A program made the position numbers and the translations under genes. Under the pieces are notes generated by a model. It had not been told where the DNA came from, did no database searches, and saw only the letters and a list, made by a program, of their open reading frames with translations. This document shows, in pieces, positions 18,870-28,514 of a DNA stretch of 64,000 bases. Source of the stretch: Minisyncoccota bacterium (GTDB lineage: Bacteria > Patescibacteriota > Minisyncoccia > Phycocordibacterales > GWA1-40-21); the NCBI GenBank assembly GCA_041664585.1, contig JBAYKL010000002.1, positions 88,328 to 152,327 on the forward strand, in the 5' to 3' direction. Within the stretch, counting starts at the first letter, position 1, and the number at the start of each line of letters is the position of its first letter.

Positions 18870-20969
18870 TTATTGTATTATAATACTACCAATTCCTCCA
18901 TTATATAGTCCAGAAATTTCTTCCTGAGATAAAGCTCTACTCCATACTCCAACTTCATCTATAAGACCACTGAAGTAATACTGACTAGAACCTTTTGCCC
19001 CAATCAAAAACTCTTCAGACATATCCCTAATAGTACCATTATAAGAAACCGGCATGCCAACCATATTCCCATCTATATAAGTACTAATATTTGATCCGTT
19101 TGCTACTGCAACCAAATGATACCACCTATTTAGTTCTGGCACCCAAGAATAATCCGTAATTTTTACAGTATTATCCTGTTGAAAAATAAAAAATCTTAGA
19201 GTATTACCGCTCATCAAGTAAAATGAGAAATTCCTAGAGCTACCGTTGTCTTCTCCGAGAACATAGCAAGAGCTTACTCCACCACAATTCAAAGAACTAA
19301 AATTAACCCAGGTAGACATACTCAACTTCCCTGAGGTTTTTGTAATTCTTTGGCTTGTAGAGGCGTAATCACCATTTCCATCAAGAACCATAGCATTGCC
19401 CAAAATACTAGAAACATCTGATATATGAGCGTCTCCATTATACACACCATCATTGTTTGACACGGACAAATCATTCGCCGCTAAAGGTTTATTACCGTAA
19501 GCTAAAGATCCAACACCGCTATTACAATGTTCAGTATTATTAACAGAATCGGCTAAACATCCAGTAGATGTCGGCGTGAAATTTCTAACAAAAACACTAT
19601 TTTGTTTTATGTATAAATTCCTATAGAAAAACTGATCATAAAAATTCGCACTTCTTCTATCAGTTCCTACTAATAAACTATTACTATCTAATTTACCAAA
19701 AGTTCCAGAAAATGCTTTTGTCAGTGAGACGGTTTCTTTTTCCGTAACCACAGACATAGTTTTCGTTGATCCATTGTATAAATAGTGTACATCATAAACA
19801 ATACCATCATTATAAGTTTGACTTGTTAATAAATCCCCTATTAATCCATTACTATCAGCCAAATAAAAACGTAATTTTCCAGCCTGTGAATTAAGTTCAA
19901 GACTTATGGTACCTGCGGCCGTACCATTATAATTACCTAGAAGAACTAGTCTTCCAGTTTCTTTTGTCGAGAACTGAAGAAATATTTCAAAGTCTTCGTC
20001 AATACTATTCTGTCCAACAACACCTGTATTTATATAATCGTCTACACCATCAAAAATTAAACCCGGTTCTTCTGTCCCAGCATCAGTATCAAAATTCCAA
20101 TAACCCATCAGTCTTGATGTAAGAAGAGGATCTTCACAAATATTTCCTGACGAACAATATTCTGACACACATTCAGAATCTAATGTACAAGAGGTTCCTG
20201 GCTCGCCGCTTACACAAAGATTAGTAGCCAAACTGCAAATACCAGACATACAACTTGATCCCGTAGCACAGTAATCAACCCCTGTCTCTCCATTAGTACA
20301 CAATTGTGTAATCTGATTTGAGTCCCAACCACAATACCCAGCAGGACAATCAGAGTTTGTAGTACAACTTCCACCTAAATTGTATATACCAGTTGTTCCT
20401 AGATATGATACTCCAGTTCTTATGGTAGATGATGAGAGGTTAGTAGAGAAGCTGACTAGTGCGTCATATATTTGAGTAGTGGTATACATGGAGGCTACAG
20501 GAGTAATTGCAAAAGAATGTGAACCTGCTGTAGTGGTAGCGTTATTAGTTATAAGATTATATATGTTTTCTAGAGTATAGCCTTGTACTCCTGGTGCTTC
20601 GGTTGGGAAAAGAGAAGAATATGTTGGTGTTACTGTTGCATAGTTTGGATCTAAAGTTCCATAATTACCAGTTACACCTAATATAGTAATACCTGTTTTT
20701 ACATCTTCTTGTTTTACTAGATTAGCTAATAAAGCATATATTTCACTTGTTGAATGAGAGGTGGTTGCTGTGGGAGAAGAGGATGTAGAAATTGGAGAAT
20801 CCGGTGTTGGTTTTAATACATTGTATGAAATAAAATCATATATATCACCTAAAGAATGATAAGTAGAAGAAGGCAAGGATTCTGGAGAAAGTTTAGAAAT
20901 AGAAAAAACAGATAAAAACACAACAAAAAATAATCCCGTTATCAAAAAAATTAACCGTCTGATCCTCAT
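18870..20969 (-). CDS. Secreted/surface LamG-like jellyroll protein with Cys-rich repeats
   Basis: N-terminal TM/signal, T/S-rich duplicated module, C..xxC..xxC repeats, GYWNFD, FDGVDDY, WYHLVAV, FSGLIDEVGVWSRALS. Confidence 0.8.
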   Translation of the reverse strand: MRIRRLIFLITGLFFVVFLSVFSISKLSPESLPSSTYHSLGDIYDFISYNVLKPTPDSPISTSSSPTATTSHSTSEIYALLANLVKQEDVKTGITILGVTGNYGTLDPNYATVTPTYSSLFPTEAPGVQGYTLENIYNLITNNATTTAGSHSFAITPVASMYTTTQIYDALVSFSTNLSSSTIRTGVSYLGTTGIYNLGGSCTTNSDCPAGYCGWDSNQITQLCTNGETGVDYCATGSSCMSGICSLATNLCVSGEPGTSCTLDSECVSEYCSSGNICEDPLLTSRLMGYWNFDTDAGTEEPGLIFDGVDDYINTGVVGQNSIDEDFEIFLQFSTKETGRLVLLGNYNGTAAGTISLELNSQAGKLRFYLADSNGLIGDLLTSQTYNDGIVYDVHYLYNGSTKTMSVVTEKETVSLTKAFSGTFGKLDSNSLLVGTDRRSANFYDQFFYRNLYIKQNSVFVRNFTPTSTGCLADSVNNTEHCNSGVGSLAYGNKPLAANDLSVSNNDGVYNGDAHISDVSSILGNAMVLDGNGDYASTSQRITKTSGKLSMSTWVNFSSLNCGGVSSCYVLGEDNGSSRNFSFYLMSGNTLRFFIFQQDNTVKITDYSWVPELNRWYHLVAVANGSNISTYIDGNMVGMPVSYNGTIRDMSEEFLIGAKGSSQYYFSGLIDEVGVWSRALSQEEISGLYNGGIGSIIIQ

Positions 20970-21009
20970 TTAACGAATTATAACAATATTCTCTGTTTTA
21001 AAAAAGTAT

Positions 21010-21038
21010 TTGACATCCTTAAACCATTGGAATACTAT
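21010..21038 (+). promoter_or_regulatory. Sigma70 promoter of the thrS leader
   Basis: TTGACA-17nt-TACTAT. Confidence 0.75.
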
Positions 21039-21044
21039 ATATCT

Positions 21045-21216
21045 ATAGAGATTGTTGTGGCTACCAACCACAATCCGTATAAAAACGGACCAACTGGCTA
21101 ATCTATTAAATGAGAGTCCGTTTTAAAAACGGAAAACTAGGTGGAACCACGAACAATTATAGAATTGTGCGCCCTGGTAAGAATACAAGTGATTGTATTT
21201 TTACCAGGGCGATTTT
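21045..21216 (+). promoter_or_regulatory. T-box riboswitch (Thr) with very short stem I
   Basis: T-box AACTAGGTGGAACCACG at 21135-21151; terminator CGCCCTGGTAA...TTACCAGGGCG-ATTTT; candidate ACC specifier 21063-21065; directly upstream of thrS. Confidence 0.85.
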
Positions 21217-21241
21217 AATTATAAATTAATAATAAAAAAAT

Positions 21242-23032
21242 ATGGAACAAGAGAAATTAATGAGAATGAGACACTCGCTCGCCCATCTACTTGGTGCAGC
21301 GGTTTTAGAAATCTGGCCAGATGTGAAAATTGCTACTGGTCCTGCAATAGACAATGGTTTTTACTATGACTTTGATTTTAATTCTCCTATAGTAGAAAAA
21401 GATTTAGGAAAGATAGAACAGAAGATGAGAGAGCTAGTAAAAAAGTGGAACGGCTTTGAGAAAAAAAATATTTCATATGAAGAAGGTAAAAAGCTTTTTG
21501 CTGGTAATCCATACAAACTAGAACTTATAGAGGAATACAATAAAGATGGTAAAGAACTTAGTATTTATACTTCTGGTAATTTTACAGACCTTTGTGCAGG
21601 ACCACATATAGATGATATTAAAGAAATAAAAGCAGATGCATTCAAACTAGATAGAATTGCTGGGGCATATTGGAAAGGTGATGAAAAGAATAAAATGCTT
21701 ACAAGAATATATGCACTGGCTTTCGCTTCAAAAGAAGATTTAGAAAATTATTTGAAGCAAAGAGAGGAAGCAGAAAAAAGAGATCACAGAAAAATTGGAA
21801 AGGAATTAGATTTATTCCATATGGATGAAAAAGTGGGTTTAGGTCTACCTTTATGGCATCCTAAAGGTGCTATTCTCTGGAGAGTAATCGAAGACTTCTG
21901 GTATCAGGAACACCTTAAAAACGGTTACGATTTGGTCAGAAGCCCACACATAGGTAATAAGGAACTTTGGGAGATATCTGGACACTGGGGATTCTATAAC
22001 TCAAGTATGTATCCTCCACTTGAAGCGGGGCAAACACTTAAAGAAAAACAAGAAGGTAAAAAAATAGAACACTCTGAGGAGTATCTATTGAAGCCGATGA
22101 ACTGTCCTTTCCACGTACAAATATATAAAAACTCACCAAAATCATACAGACAATTCCCTTTTAGATGGGCTGAGTGCGGTACTGTATATAGATTCGAAAA
22201 GAAAGGAGAATTATCTGGACTAACCAGAGTCAGAGGATTTACACAAGATGATGCTCATATTCTTTGTAGAAAAGATCAAATAGAAGAAGAACTCAAAATG
22301 GTTATAGATTTTATATTGTTTATATATAAATCATTTGGTTTTGATATAAATTCAGTAAAGGTCTTCCTATCTCTCAGAGATCCAGAAAACAAAGAGAAAT
22401 ACGCTGGTAATGATGAGGGTTGGAATTACACAGAAGAAGTTCTAAGAAAAGTTGCCGTAGAAAAGAAACTAGATTTCACCGAAGAAAAAGGAGAAGCTGC
22501 ATTCTATGGACCAAAATTAGACTTTAAGATAAAAGATGCTCTAGGTAGACTTTGGCAATGTTCAACACTTCAATTTGATTTTAATCTTCCAGAAAGATTT
22601 GATCTTACTTTTGTAAACTCAAAAGGAGAACAAGAAAGACCATATATGCTTCATAGAGCCCTTTTTGGAAGCTTCGAAAGATTCATTGGTCTATTAATCG
22701 AACACTACGCTGGAGCCTTTCCACTGTGGCTTGCACCAGTACAAATAAAAATTGTACCAGTAAGAGAAAATCACAACGACTATGCTAAGAAAATTGGTGA
22801 CGAGTTAAAGAAAGATGGATTCAGAGTGGATTGTGATTTAAACCCTGGAAACATGGGTGGGAAAGTAAGAGATGCAAAAAATAATAGAGTTCCATATACA
22901 ATTATCGTCGGAGATAAAGATATGTCAGTAAACAAAATAACCGTAGAAAATAGAGATAAGGGTCAACTTGGACAAATGGATTTGAAAGACTTTATTGAAA
23001 AAATCAAAGAAGAAAAAGAAAAGAAATTATAA
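21242..23032 (+). CDS. thrS: Threonine--tRNA ligase (no N-terminal TGS domain)
   Basis: RHSLAHLL, DLCAGPH, RDHRKIG, KPMNCP, GLTRVRGFTQDDAH, AAFYGPK, HRA.FGS.ERF. Confidence 0.97.
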   Translation: MEQEKLMRMRHSLAHLLGAAVLEIWPDVKIATGPAIDNGFYYDFDFNSPIVEKDLGKIEQKMRELVKKWNGFEKKNISYEEGKKLFAGNPYKLELIEEYNKDGKELSIYTSGNFTDLCAGPHIDDIKEIKADAFKLDRIAGAYWKGDEKNKMLTRIYALAFASKEDLENYLKQREEAEKRDHRKIGKELDLFHMDEKVGLGLPLWHPKGAILWRVIEDFWYQEHLKNGYDLVRSPHIGNKELWEISGHWGFYNSSMYPPLEAGQTLKEKQEGKKIEHSEEYLLKPMNCPFHVQIYKNSPKSYRQFPFRWAECGTVYRFEKKGELSGLTRVRGFTQDDAHILCRKDQIEEELKMVIDFILFIYKSFGFDINSVKVFLSLRDPENKEKYAGNDEGWNYTEEVLRKVAVEKKLDFTEEKGEAAFYGPKLDFKIKDALGRLWQCSTLQFDFNLPERFDLTFVNSKGEQERPYMLHRALFGSFERFIGLLIEHYAGAFPLWLAPVQIKIVPVRENHNDYAKKIGDELKKDGFRVDCDLNPGNMGGKVRDAKNNRVPYTIIVGDKDMSVNKITVENRDKGQLGQMDLKDFIEKIKEEKEKKL

Positions 23033-23033
23033 T

Positions 23034-23064
23034 AAAAAAGCCAGCACTAAGTGCTGGCTTTTTT
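23034..23064. terminator. Bidirectional terminator
   Basis: AAAAAAGCCAGCAC-TAA-GTGCTGGCTTTTTT. Confidence 0.85.
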
Positions 23065-23065
23065 A

Positions 23066-24193
23066 TTATATATATTTTTCTAAATCACCTTCTGAGATTG
23101 TAATCCACTCTCCTTGAGAATTTGTTTTTGAAGAAGCAACATTCCTAATAGTTTCAGAGATGTTTGTGTCATTCAATCTCTTTGCTTTCAAAAGATTAAT
23201 AACAGCTCCTTGTGAAATAATTATATTATTCATTCTTGCGTAGTCTTCGATTTGAGACATCGCTTTAGTGTCAGCATGAACCTCAGTAGATATTACATTT
23301 TCTGAAGCTATAACTACAGGTACTTCCTGTGCTTCTTTCTTCTTTAATAGAAAGTATGCAATTGTCGTGCTCCAAAGTATCAAGCTTAGAGTAAACAATA
23401 CAACCTTCATAGTATCACCGGCTCCAGTATATGGCACATCGCTTAGGTAAACAGAAGCTACATAAGGGTTAGTTTGAGTATATGCGAGAACCTGATTTAC
23501 GTTTACAGTACAAGTTCTTGTAATACTTTGACCGTTAGATACGATTGTAAGGTTAGCAGTCTTTGTACCACCAGTGTTGTATGTCTTTGGTGCTGTTTGA
23601 CCGTTTGAAGAGAGACCTTCGTCTCCTGTCCAGTAATATGTGTAAAAACCGTTACCTCCTGTGGCACTAGCTGTCCAAGTGACAACGCCACCAACTTCTG
23701 TATTTGATACGCCTGCAGCACAAGAACCGTTTAGTGAGCTATAGTTGTTGTAGGTGTAGTTATAACCATTGTTATAGTTCCAGCCGCTATTACCTCCATT
23801 GTCATAATATGAGTTCGGACCATAGACATTACCGTTTGTAGAGTTCCAACCACCACAAGTCGTAGTCGCGTTACATCCACAAGACCCACAAGAAGAAGTA
23901 TCCCAATAGTTGTGACCCCCGCCATAGTTACCATGTGAATAATAATCATTGTAATGGTAATAATCATTATCCCAATCCATATCTATATGCCAGTCTTCAA
24001 CTTCATCCTCTATGTGATCCCAAGCACTAGCGGATACATCTGAAACATCATCCCAAGCGTCTTCGAAGAAATTTCCCAAACGACTCCATACATCAGCATG
24101 AGCATAAGTTGGTACAGAAAATACAAAAACAGACAATAGAGAAATCGCTGTTACGACAAAAGCTTTTTTGCTTGTATTTATAATGTTTTTCAT
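23066..24193 (-). CDS. Secreted surface protein with PKD-like domain and VPYTG sortase signal
   Basis: Signal peptide, W/D/H/Y-rich region, WTASATGGNG..TY.W.G Ig-like domain, YLSDVPYTG followed by TM helix and KKK. Confidence 0.75.
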   Translation of the reverse strand: MKNIINTSKKAFVVTAISLLSVFVFSVPTYAHADVWSRLGNFFEDAWDDVSDVSASAWDHIEDEVEDWHIDMDWDNDYYHYNDYYSHGNYGGGHNYWDTSSCGSCGCNATTTCGGWNSTNGNVYGPNSYYDNGGNSGWNYNNGYNYTYNNYSSLNGSCAAGVSNTEVGGVVTWTASATGGNGFYTYYWTGDEGLSSNGQTAPKTYNTGGTKTANLTIVSNGQSITRTCTVNVNQVLAYTQTNPYVASVYLSDVPYTGAGDTMKVVLFTLSLILWSTTIAYFLLKKKEAQEVPVVIASENVISTEVHADTKAMSQIEDYARMNNIIISQGAVINLLKAKRLNDTNISETIRNVASSKTNSQGEWITISEGDLEKYI

Positions 24194-24294
24194 ATAATTT
24201 TTATTAAATTAACTTAATCACTATTATATACCAAAAGAATATAAAAGTCAAGGCTATGAACCCTTTCAAAATGGAGATGTCTAAATATGGCTTT

Positions 24295-24909
24295 TTATAA
24301 AGCTTTTTTAGCGACGTATTCAGCTTCTACTACATACCTATCACTTTTAGCCCCAAAAGTATCACAAGTAGAAAGCGTAAGCTTATGAACTTTGGTATTA
24401 AATACAACGAGAGCCTTGTCTGCCCCTTCCAACTTTACAGAAGTAACTTTATAGGAAAAAATATTACTATTTGAATACACATCTATCAAATCCCCCTCTT
24501 TCAGATCCTTTAAACCATTGAATGCTTTGAAGCCTTGGTTATTTACAACAGCAAGACGAGTATTATGACCAAAAATAAAGATGTTTCCGTAACCAAGATT
24601 CCCAGAACCTGGATAATGCACTGCTCCTTTAGCTAAAAAACTATCAAGAACTTCCGTACTAGTACTTTGCGGATTATAAACTTGAACATCAATGTTTATA
24701 CCAGGAACCTTTATGACCAGTGGGATTTCAGCATTTTCTTTTTGAAAAGAATTATTTTCTGGATATCTGCCATAGGAGACTTTGAACTCTTCTGGTACAA
24801 AACCAAAAAAATACAACATGCCAAATGTAATAAATAGTATAATGGAAAAATTCAATAAGAATGACCATTTTCTACCCTTTATAAAACTTAAAAAGCTTTC
24901 TTTTTTCAT
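24295..24909 (-). CDS. Sortase
   Basis: N-terminal TM, GAVHYPGS, IFGHN, F..L..L..GD.I, LTLSTC, R catalytic triad. Confidence 0.92.
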   Translation of the reverse strand: MKKESFLSFIKGRKWSFLLNFSIILFITFGMLYFFGFVPEEFKVSYGRYPENNSFQKENAEIPLVIKVPGINIDVQVYNPQSTSTEVLDSFLAKGAVHYPGSGNLGYGNIFIFGHNTRLAVVNNQGFKAFNGLKDLKEGDLIDVYSNSNIFSYKVTSVKLEGADKALVVFNTKVHKLTLSTCDTFGAKSDRYVVEAEYVAKKAL

Positions 24910-24997
24910 AAATATGTTATCTATATTAACAGCTTGACAATAAAAGTCAACTACTGTATAATACTATCTAGCTTAGAAGTTTAATTATATCATTATT

Positions 24998-26314
24998 ATG
25001 AAAGAAAAAATCTGGTTAAAAATTAAAGAATCTTTTTCAACGGCAGCAATAGCAGCTCTTATGCTTGTTATTGTTTTTTTGCTTATCTGGATACCTTTCA
25101 AATTCATCCCGGGTATCTTTTCTAAGGGTACAAATTATGTAGCAACTTCCCTATCCTCAACTTTTATACCTGGAGAAAATAAAGCAACGACTTCTCCAAC
25201 AAAAAATAATACCCAGCCTACAAACACAACTGTGGCTGGAGGCAAACCAGATCTCTCTGTGAGGCTTATAAGTACTGGTATCATAAATAGATATACAAAA
25301 CAATTTTCTCAAACAAGTACAATAGGTACCGGAGATGAAGTTGGGATGAGATTTGAAGTCAAAAATATTGGGAATACAGTTTCTGGAGCCTGGAGTCTAA
25401 AGGCAACTTTGCCATCTGCAACAACTCCTAATTACAATTCTGACCTACAGAGATCGTTGAATCCTGGAGACAGAATAGAATTTACTCTTGGTTTTGATAA
25501 TCCAACAAATTTAGGACTAGTCACTGCCTATGTATACGCTGATCCAGCTAATACTATTGGCGAGTCTAACGAATCAAACAATTCAATCGGTGTCCCATTT
25601 AATATAGTAAGTGGTTCAACCTATGGTTACAACTACGGGACCACTTATAACAATGCGATAGGGACAACATATACATGGACTTCCATTGTTGGAGCATGTA
25701 GTGCCCTTCCGGGAACCGTATATACAGGAACCCTAGTAAACTGGAATGCCAGTGCAACAGGCGGTAACGGATACTTCACATATTCTTGGAATGGATCTGA
25801 TAATCTTGTAAGTACGGAAAAAAATCCTACAAAAATTTACTACACGGCTGGTGTAAAAACAGGAACTGTTACGATAACATCAAACGGTTCAAGTGTTACA
25901 AAACAGTGTACTGTAAATGTCGTTGATCAATATAATAACTACAATACAAGTTCTTCTGATCTTTCCCTATCATTAGTTGGTGTTGGCTCAGTAGATAATA
26001 GCGGACAGTTTATACAAAGTTCTCAAGTTTCGAGAGGTGGAAATATCGCGATTAAAGTAAGGATTACCAATGTAGGGACAAGCTACTCTGGCAACTGGAC
26101 TATCACAGGATCAGTATCTCCTTCTCTTCCGGGATATACTTATAGACAAGATAATCAAGTATCTCTAGCCCCAAATTCAACTTCAGATTACACAATGGTA
26201 TTCTGGAATCCACAGACTTCAGGAGACAATGCATTCAATATTCAGATTAGCCAAAGTGGAAACGACTTAAATAGTACAAATAATAATTTAACAGCAACAG
26301 TAAGAGTTTACTAA
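24998..26314 (+). CDS. Membrane-anchored CARDB/PKD-like domain surface protein
   Basis: KPDLSV..FEVKNIG..DP.N.I.ESNE.NN (CARDB), PKD-like module, second CARDB-like C-terminal domain. Confidence 0.75.
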   Translation: MKEKIWLKIKESFSTAAIAALMLVIVFLLIWIPFKFIPGIFSKGTNYVATSLSSTFIPGENKATTSPTKNNTQPTNTTVAGGKPDLSVRLISTGIINRYTKQFSQTSTIGTGDEVGMRFEVKNIGNTVSGAWSLKATLPSATTPNYNSDLQRSLNPGDRIEFTLGFDNPTNLGLVTAYVYADPANTIGESNESNNSIGVPFNIVSGSTYGYNYGTTYNNAIGTTYTWTSIVGACSALPGTVYTGTLVNWNASATGGNGYFTYSWNGSDNLVSTEKNPTKIYYTAGVKTGTVTITSNGSSVTKQCTVNVVDQYNNYNTSSSDLSLSLVGVGSVDNSGQFIQSSQVSRGGNIAIKVRITNVGTSYSGNWTITGSVSPSLPGYTYRQDNQVSLAPNSTSDYTMVFWNPQTSGDNAFNIQISQSGNDLNSTNNNLTATVRVY

Positions 26315-26320
26315 AACAAA

Positions 26321-26357
26321 AATAAAAACAACCCACTTAAGGTGGGTTGTTTTTATT
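26321..26357. terminator. Bidirectional terminator
   Basis: AAAAACAACCCAC-TTAAG-GTGGGTTGTTTTT. Confidence 0.82.
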
Positions 26358-26361
26358 TTAA

Positions 26362-28431
26362 CTAAATATCTATATTCGCCAACTTCGCATTAGATTGTAT
26401 GAAGGCTTTTCTTGCAGGAACATCTGTTCCCATAAGCATATCAAATACTTTATCTGCTTCCTGAGCATCTTTGATACTTACCCTCTTCATCATTCTTCTT
26501 GTAGGATCCATGGTCGTTTCCCAAAGCTCTTCAGAGTTCATTTCTCCAAGACCTTTATATCTTTGCACAGAAACTTTTGGAGATTTCTTCCCTTCTTTTT
26601 CATTTGTATTTTCTTCACCTTCAGCGACGACTTCCTCTTCTGTTTCTTCAGTCTCTGCGTCTGATATTTTTTCTTTCTTGAAGAAAGCTGTCTTTTCTTC
26701 TTCGGTATAGAAATAGTGAACTTCTTTTCCTACTTTTACTTTATAAAGTGGTGGTTGAGCAATACAGATAAAACCTCCGTCTATAAGTGGTTTGAAATAT
26801 CTATAAAACAATGTAAGCAAGAGGGTTCTGATGTGGGCTCCATCAACGTCCGCATCGGTAGCTATAATAATTTTGTGATATCTTAATTTTTCAATATTAA
26901 ATGTATCTCCAATAGCAGTACCAAGAGCAACTACCAAATTAGTAATTTGTTCTGATCCAAGCATTCTATCAAGTCTCGCTCTTTCTATGTTTAGAATTTT
27001 ACCTCTCAAAGGCAATATGGCTTGAGTCTTTCTATCACGACCCATCTTCGCTGTACCTCCTGCAGAATCTCCCTCCACAATAATAAGCTCTGATTCTGAA
27101 GCATTATTACTCTGACAGTCAGCAAGTTTACCAGGCAATGTCATACCTTCTAGAGCGCCCTTTCTCAATATTGAGTCTTTAGCTGCTTTAGCTGCTTTTC
27201 TCGCTCTAAGGGCCAAAATAACCTTAGAAATGATAGCTTTAGCATCATCTGGATTCTCTTCAAGAAAACCATTGAAAGCCGCACCAAAGACCTCTTCTAC
27301 GGCGCTTCTAGCCTCAACAGAACCAAGCTTGGCCTTTGTCTGACCCTCAAATTGAATCTCTCTTAGTTTTACGGAAACAACGGCTGTAATACCCTCGAGT
27401 ACATCGTCTCCTGAAAAGCTGTCTTCGCTATCTTTAACTAAATTATTTTTCTTAGCATAAGCGTTCAAGGCTCTAGTAAGTGCAGCTTTGAAACCAGTAA
27501 TATGAGTACCCCCTTCTGGGTTATAAATATTGTTTGCAAAAGGCATTATTCTAGAAGAAATATCATCTACATACTGAAGTGATACCTCTACAGATTCTAC
27601 CGTTTCCGTTTTCTTCTCAACATAAAAAACATTTCTATGAATTGGCTTTTGGAATTGGTTATAGAATTTTACAAAAGACAAAAGTCCCCCTTCAAAATAA
27701 AAGGAGTGGGACATTGCTTCTATACCAAGGTCTTGTAAGAATAATGATTCTATTTCTGTAAAATCAACTTTTGAATCTCTTGCGTCTATAACAGTAATTT
27801 TCAATCCTTTAACAAGATATGCTTGTTGTCTCATGTGAGAGACTATTCTTTCAAAATCAAATTCGATTCCTTCTTTGAAAATTTCAGCATCTGGTTTGAA
27901 AATAGTCGCAGTACCATGAAAATCAGATTTACCTATTTTTTTAACAGCCGCTTTCTTTTTACCTTGAGAATATTCTTGATAATAAATACCACCATCTCTG
28001 TGCACAAGAACTTTCATGTAAATAGAAAGCGCATTCACAACAGAAGCACCCACACCGTGCAAACCTCCAGAAACTTTATATCCTTCTCCCCCGAATTTTC
28101 CTCCAGCATGGAGAACTGTCATGATTGTTTCTAGAGCAGAAACTTTTGATTGTTTATGTAAGTCTACAGGAATACCTCTACCATTATCAACAACTCTAAC
28201 CATGTTATCTGGTAAAAGTGCAACTTCGATACGGTTAGCAAAAGCGCCCATGGCCTCGTCACGAGAGTTATCAAAGATTTCAGTAACAAGGTGGTTTAAA
28301 CCATCTGGTCCAGTAGTACCAATATACATACCAGGTCTCTTTCTGACCGGTTCTAGACCCTCAAGAACTTGAATGGAACTAGCATCATAGCTACCCTTTT
28401 TTACCTCTTTTTCATCTTTATTTTTGGCCAT
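26362..28431 (-). CDS. gyrB: DNA gyrase subunit B
   Basis: LEPVRKRPGMYIG, DNGRGIP, GGLHGVG, VEGDSAGG, PLRGKILN, DADVDG, RYKGLGEM. Confidence 0.96.
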   Translation of the reverse strand: MAKNKDEKEVKKGSYDASSIQVLEGLEPVRKRPGMYIGTTGPDGLNHLVTEIFDNSRDEAMGAFANRIEVALLPDNMVRVVDNGRGIPVDLHKQSKVSALETIMTVLHAGGKFGGEGYKVSGGLHGVGASVVNALSIYMKVLVHRDGGIYYQEYSQGKKKAAVKKIGKSDFHGTATIFKPDAEIFKEGIEFDFERIVSHMRQQAYLVKGLKITVIDARDSKVDFTEIESLFLQDLGIEAMSHSFYFEGGLLSFVKFYNQFQKPIHRNVFYVEKKTETVESVEVSLQYVDDISSRIMPFANNIYNPEGGTHITGFKAALTRALNAYAKKNNLVKDSEDSFSGDDVLEGITAVVSVKLREIQFEGQTKAKLGSVEARSAVEEVFGAAFNGFLEENPDDAKAIISKVILALRARKAAKAAKDSILRKGALEGMTLPGKLADCQSNNASESELIIVEGDSAGGTAKMGRDRKTQAILPLRGKILNIERARLDRMLGSEQITNLVVALGTAIGDTFNIEKLRYHKIIIATDADVDGAHIRTLLLTLFYRYFKPLIDGGFICIAQPPLYKVKVGKEVHYFYTEEEKTAFFKKEKISDAETEETEEEVVAEGEENTNEKEGKKSPKVSVQRYKGLGEMNSEELWETTMDPTRRMMKRVSIKDAQEADKVFDMLMGTDVPARKAFIQSNAKLANIDI

Positions 28432-28514
28432 ATTTATTAATATAATTTAAAAACAGCTTATTGCTTTTTATATTGTAATTATACCAAATTGACCCACCAA
28501 AAGAAAGGAGAAAT

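Noticed and set aside
26580-26680. Acidic insertion in GyrB; possible inteins in GyrB or DnaE
   Set aside because: Short low-complexity linker only; no intein C/S...HN termini or homing endonuclease motifs, and protein lengths are normal.
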